From Paracoccaceae bacterium (lineage in GTDB: Bacteria > Pseudomonadota > Alphaproteobacteria > Rhodobacterales > Rhodobacteraceae): 64,000 nt of DNA. The translations under genes and the position numbers were made by a program. The DNA is taken from positions 698,334 through 762,333 of the forward strand of contig OZ244919.1 of NCBI GenBank assembly GCA_965221845.1, given 5' to 3'. The notes below the pieces were generated by a model. It saw nothing but the letters and a program-made list of their open reading frames with translations, ran no database searches and had not been told where the DNA came from. The first letter of the stretch is position 1. Each line of letters opens with the position of its first letter. Of the stretch, positions 36,754-48,255 are shown piece by piece.

Positions 36754-39048
36754 TCAGGAGCGCGCCGCGCCGCCTCCTGCATTCAGCGCGTGCCAGACCT
36801 TGGCGGGCGTGTACGGCATGTCGACCATCTCCACGCCGCGGCATGCCATGGCGTCCGCGACCGCGTTGGCGACGGCGGCGAGAGCGCCCACCGTCCCGGC
36901 CTCTCCGCAGCCCTTCATGCCCATGGGGTTGTAAAGCGAGGGAACAGGCTCGGTGTCGAACGCGATCATCGGCACGTCCGCGGCCCGAGGCATCCCGTAG
37001 TCCATGAACGTCGCCGTCAGCACCTGGCCGTCCTCGTCATGCGCGACATGCTCGCAGATGGCCTGGCCGATGCCCTGGACGACCCCGCCGTGCACCTGGC
37101 CCTCGGCCAGCAGCGGATTGATCATGTTGCCGAGGTCGTCCGTCACGGAGTAGCGGTCGACGGCAACGGTTCCGGTTTCCGGATCTATCTCGACCTCCGC
37201 GACATGCGCGCCGTTCGGGAAGGACATGTTCTCGACGGACCAGCTTTCCCTGACGTCGAGGATGTCGGTCCTGCCGTCGGCCCGCGCCATTTCGGCGACC
37301 TCGAGCATCGTGGGCGTGTCGTTCGATCCCTCGATCCGGAAGCGCTCGTCGTCGAACGCCACGTCCTCGGAACCGAACCTTTCCGCGAGATACCCTGCGA
37401 ACTGCCTCGTGATCGTGGACACGGCGGCGAGCGTCGCGCCGGTCTGCATCGTGACGGAGCGCGAGCCGCCCGTGCCGCCGCCGCGCGGCACGAGGTCGCT
37501 GTCGCCCTGGACGACGCGGACGGCATCCGCCGGAATGCCGGCGTGGTCGGCCAGGAAGGTCGCAAAGACCGTCTCGTGCCCCTGCCCGTTCGACTGGGTG
37601 CCGACATAGAGGCTTACCGCTCCGTCCGCCTCGAAGACGACACGGGAATCCTCCGCCCGGTCGCCGAGAATCGACTCGATGTAGTAGCAGAGGCCCTGCC
37701 CCCGCAAGCGTCCCCGCGCCTCCGATTCCGCACGCCGCGCCGCGAAGCCCGCGCTGTCGGCATTCGCCTCGGCAGAGGTCAGGACCCGGTCGAACTCGCC
37801 AACGTCATAGGTCTCGGCGATCGCGGTCTTGTAGGGGAACCTTTCCGGCCGAATGAAGTTCTTCCGCCGCAGCTCACGGGAATCCACGCCGAGCGCGCGC
37901 GCGGCGTTGTCGATGGAGCGCTCGAGCGCAAGCATCGCCTCCGGCCTTCCCGCGCCGCGGTATGCATCGACCTGCACGGTGTTGGTGAAGAACCCCCTGC
38001 AGTTCACGACGACCGTCTGGACGTCGTAGACGCCCATGGCGACCTTGGCGAACAGCTCGGTCTGGATCTGCTGCGCGTATCCCGAGAGGTAGGCCCCGAG
38101 GTTGCAGGCCGTGTCGACCTTGTAGGCCACGATCCTGAACTCGGGGTCGAAGGCGAGCGTGGTGTCGGAGACCAGGTCCCGCCCGGCATTGTCGGACAGC
38201 ATCGCCTCGGTGCGCTCGGACATCCAGCGCACGGGCCGGCCCAGCGACCTGGCGCAGGCGGCGACCGCGAAATACTCGGGGTAGCCGAAGCCCTTCATGC
38301 CGAACCCGCCGCCGACATCGGGGGTGGTGACCCGGACCTGCTCCTTCCCGAGCCCGAGGCACGCGAGGAGATCCTCCTTCACGCCCCAGACGCCCTGGCC
38401 GCCGTAGCAGAAGTGCAGGCGCTCGCCATCCCATTCCGCAAAGCAGCCGCGCGGCTCCATCGCGTTGCAGATCACGCGGTTGTCAACGATGCGCGTCGTC
38501 ACCACGTGCGCGGCCCCGGCAATGGCGGCTTCCGCCGCGGCGGAATCGCCGGCCTGCCAGTCGAAGGCCACGTTGTCGGGAGCCTCCTCATGGATCGCGA
38601 CCCCGCCCGGGGCCAGGTCCAGCTTGACCCCGAGCTCCTCCACGTCCGCAAAGACGCTTTCGGCCGCGTCCTTCGCCTGCGCCCGGGTTTCGGCCACGAT
38701 CACGGCAACCGGATCTCCCACGAACCGGACCTTGCCTTCCGCCAGGACCGGCCGGCGCGGCTCGACCGCCGGCGAGCCGTCGCGGTTCGTGACGGCCGTC
38801 GTCCCGAGCGAGTAGTCCACGCCCATTGCCGCAAGATCCCCGGCGGCCATCGCGAGAACGACGCCCGGCATGCCGCGCGCCTCTTCGAGATCCACGGGGG
38901 CCAGCCGTCCGTGCGCCACCTGCGACCTCACGAAGACCGCATGCAGCGCGCCTTCCGGAACGATGTCGTCGACGTAGCGGCCTGCGCCGGTCAGGAACCG
39001 CCGGTCCTCCAGCCGCCGGACCGGCTGCGACTTGCCAAACTTGTCCAT
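36754..39048 (-). CDS. xanthine-dehydrogenase-family molybdopterin-binding subunit, form-II CoxL-like
   Basis: 764 aa. N-terminal GKSQPVRRLEDRRFLTGAGRYVDD. Contains VDAYRGAGRPE, the AYRGAGR signature of form-II CoxL homologues. Confidence 0.85.
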   Translation of the reverse strand: MDKFGKSQPVRRLEDRRFLTGAGRYVDDIVPEGALHAVFVRSQVAHGRLAPVDLEEARGMPGVVLAMAAGDLAAMGVDYSLGTTAVTNRDGSPAVEPRRPVLAEGKVRFVGDPVAVIVAETRAQAKDAAESVFADVEELGVKLDLAPGGVAIHEEAPDNVAFDWQAGDSAAAEAAIAGAAHVVTTRIVDNRVICNAMEPRGCFAEWDGERLHFCYGGQGVWGVKEDLLACLGLGKEQVRVTTPDVGGGFGMKGFGYPEYFAVAACARSLGRPVRWMSERTEAMLSDNAGRDLVSDTTLAFDPEFRIVAYKVDTACNLGAYLSGYAQQIQTELFAKVAMGVYDVQTVVVNCRGFFTNTVQVDAYRGAGRPEAMLALERSIDNAARALGVDSRELRRKNFIRPERFPYKTAIAETYDVGEFDRVLTSAEANADSAGFAARRAESEARGRLRGQGLCYYIESILGDRAEDSRVVFEADGAVSLYVGTQSNGQGHETVFATFLADHAGIPADAVRVVQGDSDLVPRGGGTGGSRSVTMQTGATLAAVSTITRQFAGYLAERFGSEDVAFDDERFRIEGSNDTPTMLEVAEMARADGRTDILDVRESWSVENMSFPNGAHVAEVEIDPETGTVAVDRYSVTDDLGNMINPLLAEGQVHGGVVQGIGQAICEHVAHDEDGQVLTATFMDYGMPRAADVPMIAFDTEPVPSLYNPMGMKGCGEAGTVGALAAVANAVADAMACRGVEMVDMPYTPAKVWHALNAGGGAARS

Positions 39049-39376
39049 GGGGATCTCCGAACTGCCGCTGCACGAGCCCCGGTCCTGAGGCAGGCGGGGT
39101 CCGGGACCCTATGCACCCGTTGCGCGTTGGTTGCAAGGACGTCCGGCGCGGGAACGGAGCCCGGCCCGGGCCGCCACGGGCCGGCTTCAAGCGGCCGTTC
39201 CCGGAAAGCGTGACGCGGCGCCGGAACGTTCCCTCCCCGGGATCCCGGGCGGTCCCCGGCTCCGGCCCGGAGGGCGGCGCCCGGTCCCGGGACCGCCGGG
39301 GAATCTCCGGCCCCCTCGGCCTTTTCCTCGCCGCCGGGCGGCGATAAACGGAGCGCCGAACGGAGGGGCCGACGCC

Positions 39377-42300
39377 ATGGACAAGACCTTTGCCGCCGAC
39401 GAGGCGGAACCCCGCATCTACGCGGCGTGGGAGCGCGCCGGCGCCTTCAGGGCAGGCGCCAACGCGCGGCCCGGAGCCGAAACGTTCTGCATCATGATCC
39501 CGCCCCCCAACGTGACCGGCGTCCTTCACATGGGTCACGCCTTCAACAACACCCTCCAGGACATTCTCGTCCGCTGGCACAGGATGCGGGGCTTCGACAC
39601 GCTCTGGCAGCCGGGACAGGACCACGCGGGCATCGCCACCCAGATGGTCGTCGAGCGCATGCTGGCCGAGACGGGCCAGCCGTCACGCCGCGAGATGGGC
39701 CGCGAGGCGTTCACCGCGAAGGTCTGGGAATGGAAGGAGGAATCCGGCGGAACGATCGTCGAGCAGCTCAGGCGGCTGGGCGCCAGCTGCGACTGGTCCC
39801 GCAACGCGTTCACCATGTCGGGCGCGCCGGACGCGCCTGCCGGCGAGGAGGGCAACTTCCACGACGCCGTGATCCGAGCCTTCGTCAAGATGCATGAGGA
39901 CGGCCTGATCTACCGCGGCAAGCGCCTGGTCAACTGGGATCCGCACTTCGAGACCGCGATCTCCGACCTGGAGGTCGAGAACATCGAGACCGAAGGCCAC
40001 ATGTGGCACTTCAAGTACCCGCTCGCGGGGGGCGCGACCTACGAGTACGTCGAAAGGGACGGGGACGGGAGCGTGACCCTTCGCGAAACCCGGGACTACA
40101 TCTCGATCGCGACCACGCGGCCCGAGACCATGCTGGGCGACGGCGCGGTCGCGGTTCACCCCTCGGACGGGCGATACGCGCCCATCGTCGGGAAGCTCTG
40201 CGAGATCCCGGTCGGCCCCGGGGAGCACCGCCGCCTGATCCCGATCATCACCGACACCTACCCGGATCCGGAATTCGGATCCGGCGCGGTCAAGATAACG
40301 GGCGCCCACGACTTCAACGACCACGTCGTCGCCAGGCGCGGCGGCATCCCCATGTACCGCCTCATGGACGCCAGGGGACACATGCGCAGCGACGGCGCCC
40401 CCTACGCCGAGGCCGCGGCGGTCGCCGGCGCCGTCGCCGAAGGCAGGCGCAGCCTGACCGAGGCCGGCGCCGACGCGATCAACCTCGTTCCGGACGACCT
40501 GCGCGGGCTTGACCGGTTCGAGGCCCGGAGGAGGGTCGTCGCGCAGGTCACCGCCGAGGGCCTCGCGGTCATGACCGTTGCGCGCGATCCGCGCCTTGGC
40601 AGTCCGCCGGCGGCGGAAGGCGAGAGCGGCGACTCTCCCGTCCCGCTTGTGGAGGCCAGGAAGATCGTGCAGCCGTTCGGCGACCGCTCCAAGGTCGTCA
40701 TCGAGCCGATGCTGACCGACCAGTGGTTCGTCGACACGGCGAGGATCGTCGGGCCTGCCCTGCAGGCGGTGCGCGACGGAACGACGGAAATCCTGCCCGA
40801 GCAGCACAGGAAGGTCTATTTCAACTGGCTGGCGGGCATCGAGCCCTGGTGCATCTCCCGCCAGCTGTGGTGGGGTCACCGGATCCCCGTCTGGTACGGC
40901 CCGAAGGTCAGGGACGGCACGCCGTGCGCGGACGAGCTCGAGACCTTCTGCGCGGCCGACGAGGCCAGCGCGGTCGCGCTGGCCGAGACGTTCTACCGGG
41001 CAGGCGCGAGAGTCGTCGCCGACTCGGCGGAGTTCGCCGAGGCGGTTTCGGGATGCGCAGCGAAGGCGGCTTCGGGAAAGGGATGGAAAGCGCCGCTCTA
41101 CCGCGATCCCGACGTGCTGGACACGTGGTTTTCCTCCGGGCTCTGGCCGATCGGCACTCTCGGCTGGCCGGAGCGGACTCCCGAGCTCGACAGGTACTTC
41201 CCGACCAGCGTCCTCGTCACCGGCTTTGACATCATATTCTTCTGGGTCGCCCGCATGATGATGATGCAGTACGCGATGGTCGGCGACCGCCCCTTCGACA
41301 CCGTCTACGTCCACGCTCTCGTGCGTGACGCGGCGGGAAACAAGATGTCGAAGTCGCTGGGCAATGTCATCGACCCGATCGAGATGGTCGACAGGTTCGG
41401 CGCGGACGCGGTCCGCTTCACGCTCGCCTCCATGGCCGCCATGGGCCGCGACCTCAGGCTTTCGGAGGGCCGCGTCGCCGGAAGCCGCAACTTCACGACC
41501 AAGCTGTGGAACGCGGCCCGGTTCGCGGAGATGAACGGGGCCTTCGACGTCGCGGCCGGGGAAAGGGCGCCACGCGCCGGGCAGACCGTCAACAGGTGGA
41601 TCGTCGGCGAGCTCGCGAAGGTCCGCATCGCCGTCGACGAGGCCCTGGACGGCTTTCGCTTCAACGATGCCGCGAACGCGCTCCACGCGTTCGTCCGGGG
41701 CACGTTCTGCGACTGGTACGTCGAGTTCTCCAAGCCGCTGTTCAAAACGGCGCATGCCGGGGAAACGCGAAGGACGATGGCATGGGTGCTGGACCAGGTC
41801 CTGATCCTGCTCCATCCGTTCATGCCGTTCGTCACCGAGGAGATCTGGGCGGCGTCGGCCCCGGCCCGGGAGAGGATGCTGGTCCACGCGGACTGGCCGG
41901 CGTGCGGGGGCGAGCTCGTCGACGCGGCGGCGGAGAGGGAAATCGGATGGGTCATCGACCTCATCGAGAAGGTCCGCTCGGTCCGGGGCGAGATGAACGT
42001 CCCGCCGGGCGCGAGGATCCCGCTGCTCAAGCTGTCTCTCGACGCGGCGGGCGAGGCGGCGTGGGCGAACAACGAATCCTTGATCATGCGCCAGGCGCGC
42101 ATCGAGACCCTGACCGACGCGGACGCCCCTCCCCGGGGATCCGCCACGATCGCGGCGCTTGGCGGCACGTTCGCGCTGCCGCTCGGGGGACTGATCGACG
42201 TTGCGGCCGAACGGGTGCGCCTCGAAAGGGCGGTTGGCAAGCTCGAAAGGGTTCTGGCGGGACTGAAGGGCCGTCTGGACAGCGGGAAGTTCCGGGAGAA

Positions 42301-42406
42301 CGCGGCCGAGGACGTTGTCGCCGGGACCGAGAAGGCGGCCGCGCTGAAGGCCGAGGAGCTCGGCCGGCTCAGGACCGCGCTCGGCCGGCTCGACGGGTTC
42401 GGCTGA
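39377..42406 (+). CDS. valS: valine--tRNA ligase
   Basis: Internal ATG of ORF 39131..42406. [16 protein letters not shown] (HIGH), [10 protein letters not shown] (KMSKS), C-terminal coiled coil. Confidence 0.95.
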   Translation: MDKTFAADEAEPRIYAAWERAGAFRAGANARPGAETFCIMIPPPNVTGVLHMGHAFNNTLQDILVRWHRMRGFDTLWQPGQDHAGIATQMVVERMLAETGQPSRREMGREAFTAKVWEWKEESGGTIVEQLRRLGASCDWSRNAFTMSGAPDAPAGEEGNFHDAVIRAFVKMHEDGLIYRGKRLVNWDPHFETAISDLEVENIETEGHMWHFKYPLAGGATYEYVERDGDGSVTLRETRDYISIATTRPETMLGDGAVAVHPSDGRYAPIVGKLCEIPVGPGEHRRLIPIITDTYPDPEFGSGAVKITGAHDFNDHVVARRGGIPMYRLMDARGHMRSDGAPYAEAAAVAGAVAEGRRSLTEAGADAINLVPDDLRGLDRFEARRRVVAQVTAEGLAVMTVARDPRLGSPPAAEGESGDSPVPLVEARKIVQPFGDRSKVVIEPMLTDQWFVDTARIVGPALQAVRDGTTEILPEQHRKVYFNWLAGIEPWCISRQLWWGHRIPVWYGPKVRDGTPCADELETFCAADEASAVALAETFYRAGARVVADSAEFAEAVSGCAAKAASGKGWKAPLYRDPDVLDTWFSSGLWPIGTLGWPERTPELDRYFPTSVLVTGFDIIFFWVARMMMMQYAMVGDRPFDTVYVHALVRDAAGNKMSKSLGNVIDPIEMVDRFGADAVRFTLASMAAMGRDLRLSEGRVAGSRNFTTKLWNAARFAEMNGAFDVAAGERAPRAGQTVNRWIVGELAKVRIAVDEALDGFRFNDAANALHAFVRGTFCDWYVEFSKPLFKTAHAGETRRTMAWVLDQVLILLHPFMPFVTEEIWAASAPARERMLVHADWPACGGELVDAAAEREIGWVIDLIEKVRSVRGEMNVPPGARIPLLKLSLDAAGEAAWANNESLIMRQARIETLTDADAPPRGSATIAALGGTFALPLGGLIDVAAERVRLERAVGKLERVLAGLKGRLDSGKFRENAAEDVVAGTEKAAALKAEELGRLRTALGRLDGFG

Positions 42407-43066
42407 CGGCCGGGGCCCGTCGGTTGCAGCTGCCGCAAGCCCGGCGGACGCGCCCCGGTTCCGTGCCCGGCCCGGTTGCGCGAGGGCGTGCCGAAGACGG
42501 GCCGGTCCCGGCAGCCTTCTGCCGCCCGCGCCCTCGGCGGCCCTGTCCGGGACCGCGGTCGGCGACGGCATCCACGCCGTTCCACGGACGACTCCGGCAG
42601 TCATGAAGGGCCCTCGGGCGGGATCCTGCGCGCCGCCGGTTCCGTCCTGCACCGCTGCGCTCGACGCGCAGGCCGGATCCGGCCCGAGGCAGGCAGGCGG
42701 GGACGGCAGGCGGGGACGGCGGCAGCGAGGCCGCCCGTGCCGGGCAGCGCTGCACGCAACCCGGATGCGGCATGATGTCACAGTTCCGGCCGGGACCGCG
42801 AGCCGGACGCCCGCCCGTCGCCGGCGGGCCGCCGGCCTTCAGGGCGCCCCGCCGCGCGCCGACTTGACGCGATGCCGGACGGGCGCGTATCGAGGCGGGT
42901 GAAGATGCGCGTCGTGCAGGCCTCCCTCCGAAACCGACCGTCCCTCGAACATGGGCCCTGGCCCGGACATTCGGCGGCCTTTCCCTGCAGGACGGCGGCG
43001 AGGGCGACGCGCCGGACGCGTCCGGACCGCGGCAGTCCCGGCACTTCGCCAGCCTGAGACGAGAAC

Positions 43067-43798
43067 GTGGCCTCGACAGACACCGACCTCCTGAACAAGA
43101 TCAACGCAACCGGCGGCCGGATTGCGCGGATCGAGCACGAGGGCCGGTTCATCTGGGTCAAGCGAAGGGAGCGGCTGGGCCTCAGGATGCGCCTGCAGAA
43201 GGGCGGAACGGCGCGCGCCTTCGAACGCGAGAGGCGGGCGCTGCACAAGCTCGCCGGCCTCTCCGTGCCCGTCCCCGACATCGTGGCGGAGGGCGCGGAC
43301 TTCATCGCCACGTCCGACAGCGGCGTCTCGCTTGACCGGATCCTGCATGACAGCGCCCTGCACGATGCCGATCACCGGACCGAGTTCATGGCGGCGGGCC
43401 GGGCCCTGGCCAACCTGCACGCCCGCCGCCTCACGCATGGCAATCCCCGCGTCAAGGACATCTGCTGGGGATGCTGGGGAGGGCGGGGCCGGATCACCTT
43501 CATCGACCTCGAGCGGTACAGGCCCGAGCTCGACACGCCGCGCGGGCACGCGCGGGACGTCGTGATATTTTTCTTCAGCGGCCTGGCCGTTGCCGGCCGC
43601 CGTCTGCCCGAGCTTGACGCTGCGCGCGACGCCTACCGGAGCCTCGACGCCGGCGGGATCTGGGAGGGCGCGCGCGCCATCTGCCGCCGCCTTCGCGCGC
43701 TGGACTGGCTGTCAAGGCCCCTCCAGCGCGCGCGCGAAGGCAAGGCGCGCGAGTTCAAGGCCATTCCCGTCACCCTTGACTTCTTCCAGGCCCGCTGA
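43067..43798 (+). CDS. small protein-kinase-fold protein (Kdo/WaaP/RIO-like lipopolysaccharide-kinase family)
   Basis: 243 aa. The order FIWVKRR ... RERRALHKL ... THGNPRVKDI ... ITFIDLER is that of a minimal kinase fold. GTG start in the ORF track. Confidence 0.6.
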   Translation: MASTDTDLLNKINATGGRIARIEHEGRFIWVKRRERLGLRMRLQKGGTARAFERERRALHKLAGLSVPVPDIVAEGADFIATSDSGVSLDRILHDSALHDADHRTEFMAAGRALANLHARRLTHGNPRVKDICWGCWGGRGRITFIDLERYRPELDTPRGHARDVVIFFFSGLAVAGRRLPELDAARDAYRSLDAGGIWEGARAICRRLRALDWLSRPLQRAREGKAREFKAIPVTLDFFQAR

Positions 43799-44129
43799 GC
43801 CCGCGAGCGGCAGGCCGCGAAGCGGATGCCTTCCTGGCCGCGTCGCGCCGGCGAGGCGCGCCATGGGGGCGGCGCGGTCAACGTGCGGGGCCGAAGGCGA
43901 ACGAGGACGGCACGCCGGCGCGGGACGGACGCGCCATGCCCGGCCGGGCGGGCGGCACCGGCGAGGCCTTCCCGAACGGTCCGGCAGGCGGACCGGGGCG
44001 CTGAAGCGGCCTTCGCCGGACGCCGTCGCATGCGCCGCCCCCCGAAGTCCGCCCTCGAACGCGCGTCCGCCGGCGGCGCGATCGTCCGGCTGCCGTAACA
44101 GGGCGCGCGGAGCCTCCGCGCGCCGCCAT

Positions 44130-44954
44130 TCACTTCCGGCTCATGACGATCAGCCGGTACTCGTGCGCCTGCGCGAACGTCTCCGACCGCCGGGTCCTGC
44201 GCGCCAGCTTGTCAATGGCCCGGCCAAGCACCAGCTCCAGGACCCGGGCGCGCATCGGATAGGCCTGTCTCAACGCGGCGCGGAGCCGCTGCACAAAGGG
44301 CGCGACCTTCTCGTTCTTGAGGTATTCATGGATCACGAAGGTCGGGATGATCGCGTCGGTCACGTCCTCGTCCCGCAGCATCTCGAACCGCCCCTGCCGC
44401 GCGACGGCGTCCAGGAAGGACGCATGCGTGCCCCGCGTGGCGTCCTCGTCGCCGGGCGCGTAGCCGCCGCGCCGGAAGTAGTCGAAAATCACGACGCCCC
44501 TGTCGGAATACCGGGCGGCCTGCGCCAGCGCCGGCTCCAGTTCGACATAGTGAAAGCTCTCCGCAAAGAGGCACAGGTCGAAGCGGTCGCCTGCCGCGAA
44601 GTCCTCGAACCTGGAATCGATCACCGGCGTGCCTCGGGGAAGCTTCGCGCGCGCCATGTCGTTCATGTGCGCCGAGGGAGAAACGCAGGTCACGTCGAAA
44701 CCCGCCTCGATCAGGTTCCTGGCGTTCGCCCCGGTTCCCGACCCGACATCGAGGATGCGGCGCACGTCTCCGGGCACGTCCCTGACCGTGTCGAGCAGCT
44801 TCTCGAAATAGGCATGCTGCGCCGCGCCCAGCGCGTGCGCCGACGGGACCTCGGGCGGCCCGTCCGGAAAATAGCCGTAATGCGCATAGCCATGGCCGAA
44901 CACCACTTCCGAGACCAGCGCCGCGCCTTCCAGTTCGACGGCCTTGGAAATCAT
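44130..44954 (-). CDS. class I SAM-dependent methyltransferase
   Basis: 274 aa. ILDVGSGTGANARNL (motif I) and DLCLFAESFHYV. Confidence 0.8.
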   Translation of the reverse strand: MISKAVELEGAALVSEVVFGHGYAHYGYFPDGPPEVPSAHALGAAQHAYFEKLLDTVRDVPGDVRRILDVGSGTGANARNLIEAGFDVTCVSPSAHMNDMARAKLPRGTPVIDSRFEDFAAGDRFDLCLFAESFHYVELEPALAQAARYSDRGVVIFDYFRRGGYAPGDEDATRGTHASFLDAVARQGRFEMLRDEDVTDAIIPTFVIHEYLKNEKVAPFVQRLRAALRQAYPMRARVLELVLGRAIDKLARRTRRSETFAQAHEYRLIVMSRK

Positions 44955-45461
44955 CGTGCCTCAGCCTTTCAGATCCTGTCGTCAGTCTCGCTTCCGGCCT
45001 GTTGCTGCCAGTTCCCTCCCGCGCGGTCAATTCGCATGTGACGGCGCCATGCGGTTCCCGCCAGCGTGCGAACGCGACAGAGCTGAACGTCATGCCGTCC
45101 CCGCCTTTCCGGGCGGTCATCGCCAAACGCAGGCAGACGGTTCCCGCACTTCCCTGGCGCCGCGCGCTCCCGGCAGCCCGTCAAGCGGAAAGCCGCAGGA
45201 CCGGCGTTGCCGGAGAGGCTCCCCTCCGGTTCAGGGCCGTGCGGCGCTCCGGAAGCCATCCACGTTGACGGTGACGCGGCCGGCGCGCCTCGCTTCCCGT
45301 CCGGTCACGCCGCCGCCAGGGTTCCGGAGGCCCGCCAAGCGGGGCGCGCGCCCCGGGCGGCCAGGCAATCCATGGTCAGGACGACAGGTCCGCACCGCCA
45401 TCGCCCGTGTCCGCGGGCGAAGCGTCGGGATCCGCATCCGGATCCAGCCCACCCTGGCGGA

Positions 45462-46755
45462 TCAGGTGCGTCCGGAATGACGGAAACGGGCAATGGAACG
45501 TCTTGTCTGCCGCCTTCTCGAGCGCGCCTGACGGGCCAGGTGATTCAGGAACGTGACCTTGTCCTCGCCTTCCGGCAGCCTCTCGGCGGAACGTTCAGTC
45601 TTGCCGCTTCTTTCCTCGATAAGATCCAGGATCTCGTCGCGAAGCCTGCCTGCGCCCAGCTCGCTAAGGACATGGGCCGTAAGGATCCGCGATTCCTCCA
45701 TCTGCGGACTTTGCCTGAGACCGTAGTGATCGTTGCGCAGAGCGCACGCCCGCGCCTGGATCCATCCCCAGTCGCAGGCGGCCAGAAGCCCGTCATTCTC
45801 CAGCACCTGCTCCGTGAGCGTCCGAAGGGCGTGATGAAGATGCCCGGGCCAGCCTTCGCAGGGATTCGCCAGCGCTCCCAGCGCGTCCCTCGCAGCCATG
45901 TGCGTCAAGGCCGAATGCGTCACAGAACCTCAGCACGAGATGAAGGGACTCGTCAGGAGACAGCCCGCCCAGAAGCCAGACATTGTCCGGGCGCGTGAGG
46001 CCCATGCCGATGGCAACGTCATGGGTGTCCCCAAGTCCGCCCAGGACCAGCGACAGCGGCAGGCGGGACATGCCGTCATGAATCGCCTGGAGAAACAGCG
46101 CATGCGGCGCGAACCCGTCCTGCGGCAGGCGCTGCGCCTCGTCGATGCAGACGATCACGGATCCGTGCCATCTCTCCGGCCCATGGACCTGCACCAGCTG
46201 CTGGATGCTCCGGGGGCGGCTCCTTTCGAAGCCTTCCAGGGAGATCCCTCCCTCTGCCCTGGAGGCGGCCACATCCACGCCAACTGAAAGGCCGGACGAG
46301 ATCCTGCGCCAGCGATCCGGCTGGATTCCGCCGGCCAGCGCCGTCATCTCGATCACGCCTCCGAGATCCGTCAGGAGGTCATGGCTGGACAGCAAGACCA
46401 CGCGCGACTGTCCGGGCGCGCCTGCGCGCTCCAGCTTCGAACGCTTCAGAAGTTCATCGAGAAGCGCGCTCTTGCCGGCGCCGGGCGCGCCCCGGACGAC
46501 CTGCGTCATCTTCGGCTGGCCATGGGATCCCTTTCGCCGGTCCTTCCACGCCTGGCCGGCACACCTCTCGGCGCGCTCCAGCAACGCCTCGCGCCCGACG
46601 AAGACGGGCGGCGGCGCGCCCCAGCCGCCGTCGAGGAAGTCCGACAGCCCTCCCCTGTCGATTTCGGCCCCCCCGTTCAGCAATGCCGTTGACGATAGAC
46701 GCTCCGCCTTCGTCCGGCAACGGCCGTCGCGAACCTGGAAAGAAGGCCTGATCAT
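45462..46755 (-). pseudogene. AAA_16/STAND-like P-loop ATPase, one frameshift near 45900
   Basis: ORF 45793..46755 (FVGREALLERAE..., Walker A GAPGAGKSALL, Walker B VIVCIDEAQ) continues in ORF 45462..45923 from AARDALGALANPCEGWPGH. Confidence 0.6.
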
Positions 46756-47140
46756 GAGACAGGCCGATGCTGTCCCGGGCCTGCAGCGCTGAACACGGCT
46801 GGGCAGTCGCGGTGCATCCAGCAGGGCCGCGATGCGCGCGGACTGGACCGCGTTCTCCGCCCGGAGCGCGGCTATGGTCGCGTCACGACCCTACAGCTTC
46901 CCCTCAAGGGCGGAGACCCGGCTGGCCAATTGTCCAGAAAGGCTTATCCCTTTGACTCCGGCGCCGCAAGATGTTGTGCCTGCGGCCGGTCGCGGGATCC
47001 CCGGATCCCCGGCGGAATCCACGCCTTCGCCGCTGCGCGGCGGCCCGGACGGTGCCGGAAAGCGGGGATTCGGGTGGTGTGCGGGTGCGCGGATGCGCCC
47101 GCCGGTGCCGTGGCGGAATCCGGGCGGGGTTTCCGGCGCC

Positions 47141-48067
47141 TCAGGCGCGTCCCTCGGCGAAGTCGCGGCAGGTGGCGGGCGGAAGTCCCAGCCCGATGCC
47201 GAGCAGGCTGTCGAAGGAGGCCCGTCGGTGGCGCCGGCGGTTCCAGCGGAACACGAACTCGTCGAGGCAGCGCTGGAAATGCTTCCTCCGCAGGCCGTGA
47301 TGCACGCCCATGGCCCAGCGCTTGAGGTTGGAGAACACCCGGTGGACCCACGCCAGGACCTCGTGGGCCCTTCGGCCGCCGACCACCCTTTCCTCCCGCG
47401 GGCTCTCCGGCAGGCCGGCGCAGCCGCTCCAGCCGTCGGTGACGACCCGCGCGCCCGGCGCGACGGACGCGGCGATGAAGCCGCGGAGCGCCCCGGATCC
47501 GTAGTCCCCGATGGTCCCGAGCCGGATGCGGCGCGGCGCCCCGTCCTCCGACAGCTCCACGGCGCCGGCCAGGAGGATCCTGCCGTCGGCGCCGCGGCCC
47601 CTGCCGGCCACGCCCTTCGCCCCGTCCGTTTCCGCGCCGCCGCCGTCGCGGCAGGGCACGGACGTCTCGTCCACCTCCGCGATCCCCTGCGAGCCGGGCT
47701 CCGGTCCGGGCCGGCCATGGCCCGGCGCAGCCTGTGCAGCAGCAGCCACGCTGACTTGCAGCTCCCGATCCCCGGCCGCGCCTGGAGCTGCAGCGCGGAG
47801 ATGCCGTTGGAATGCGTGGCGACGATGTGGGCCGCGAGGAACCAGGTCCCGGCGGCAGGTGGCTGCGGTGCGTCACCGTGCCCGCCGTCACCGACGTCTG
47901 GCGTCCGCACCCCGCGCACTCGTGGAGGCGGCGCTCCCCCTCGGCTGCCAGCCTTTCGTGCCGCCGCAGGCCGGACACCGGAAGCCGACGCCCCGGCGCA
48001 GCCTGGCCAGGTGCCCGGCGCAGGCGTCGTCGTCCGGGAAGAGCTCCTCGAACTCCTGGCGGGACAT
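47141..48067 (-). pseudogene. IS1595-family transposase, multiple frameshifts
   Basis: MSRQEFEELFPDDDACAGHLARLR..GFRCPACGG (zinc finger). RLHECAGCGRQTSVTAGTV and HIVATHSNGISALQLQ in other frames. DDE part in ORF 47141..47749 (EVDETSV...VVTDGWSG...RKHFQRCLDEFVFRWNRR). Confidence 0.7.
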
Positions 48068-48255
48068 GGGCCGGTCGTGTCTGCATCGCGATGCCATGGG
48101 AAGAACACAAGGCGAACGGAACGGATCGTCAGATGCCATGAGACGCGCCGGGGTTTGCCTCTGGGGGCGATTCGGTGCAAGGGAATGTGATGGTTTCAAC
48201 ATATGGTGGCAAGGGGGCCGACGGGCGGCACCCCTTGCCGATCGAAAGGAGAGAG

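Noticed and set aside
35428-39213. 1261-aa plus-strand ORF
   Set aside because: It is antisense to brnA, suhB and the CoxL-like gene, all of which have family signatures. It has low-complexity GC-driven composition.
39683-42781. 1032-aa minus-strand ORF
   Set aside because: It is antisense to valS (HIGH and KMSKS motifs on the plus strand), so it is a shadow ORF.
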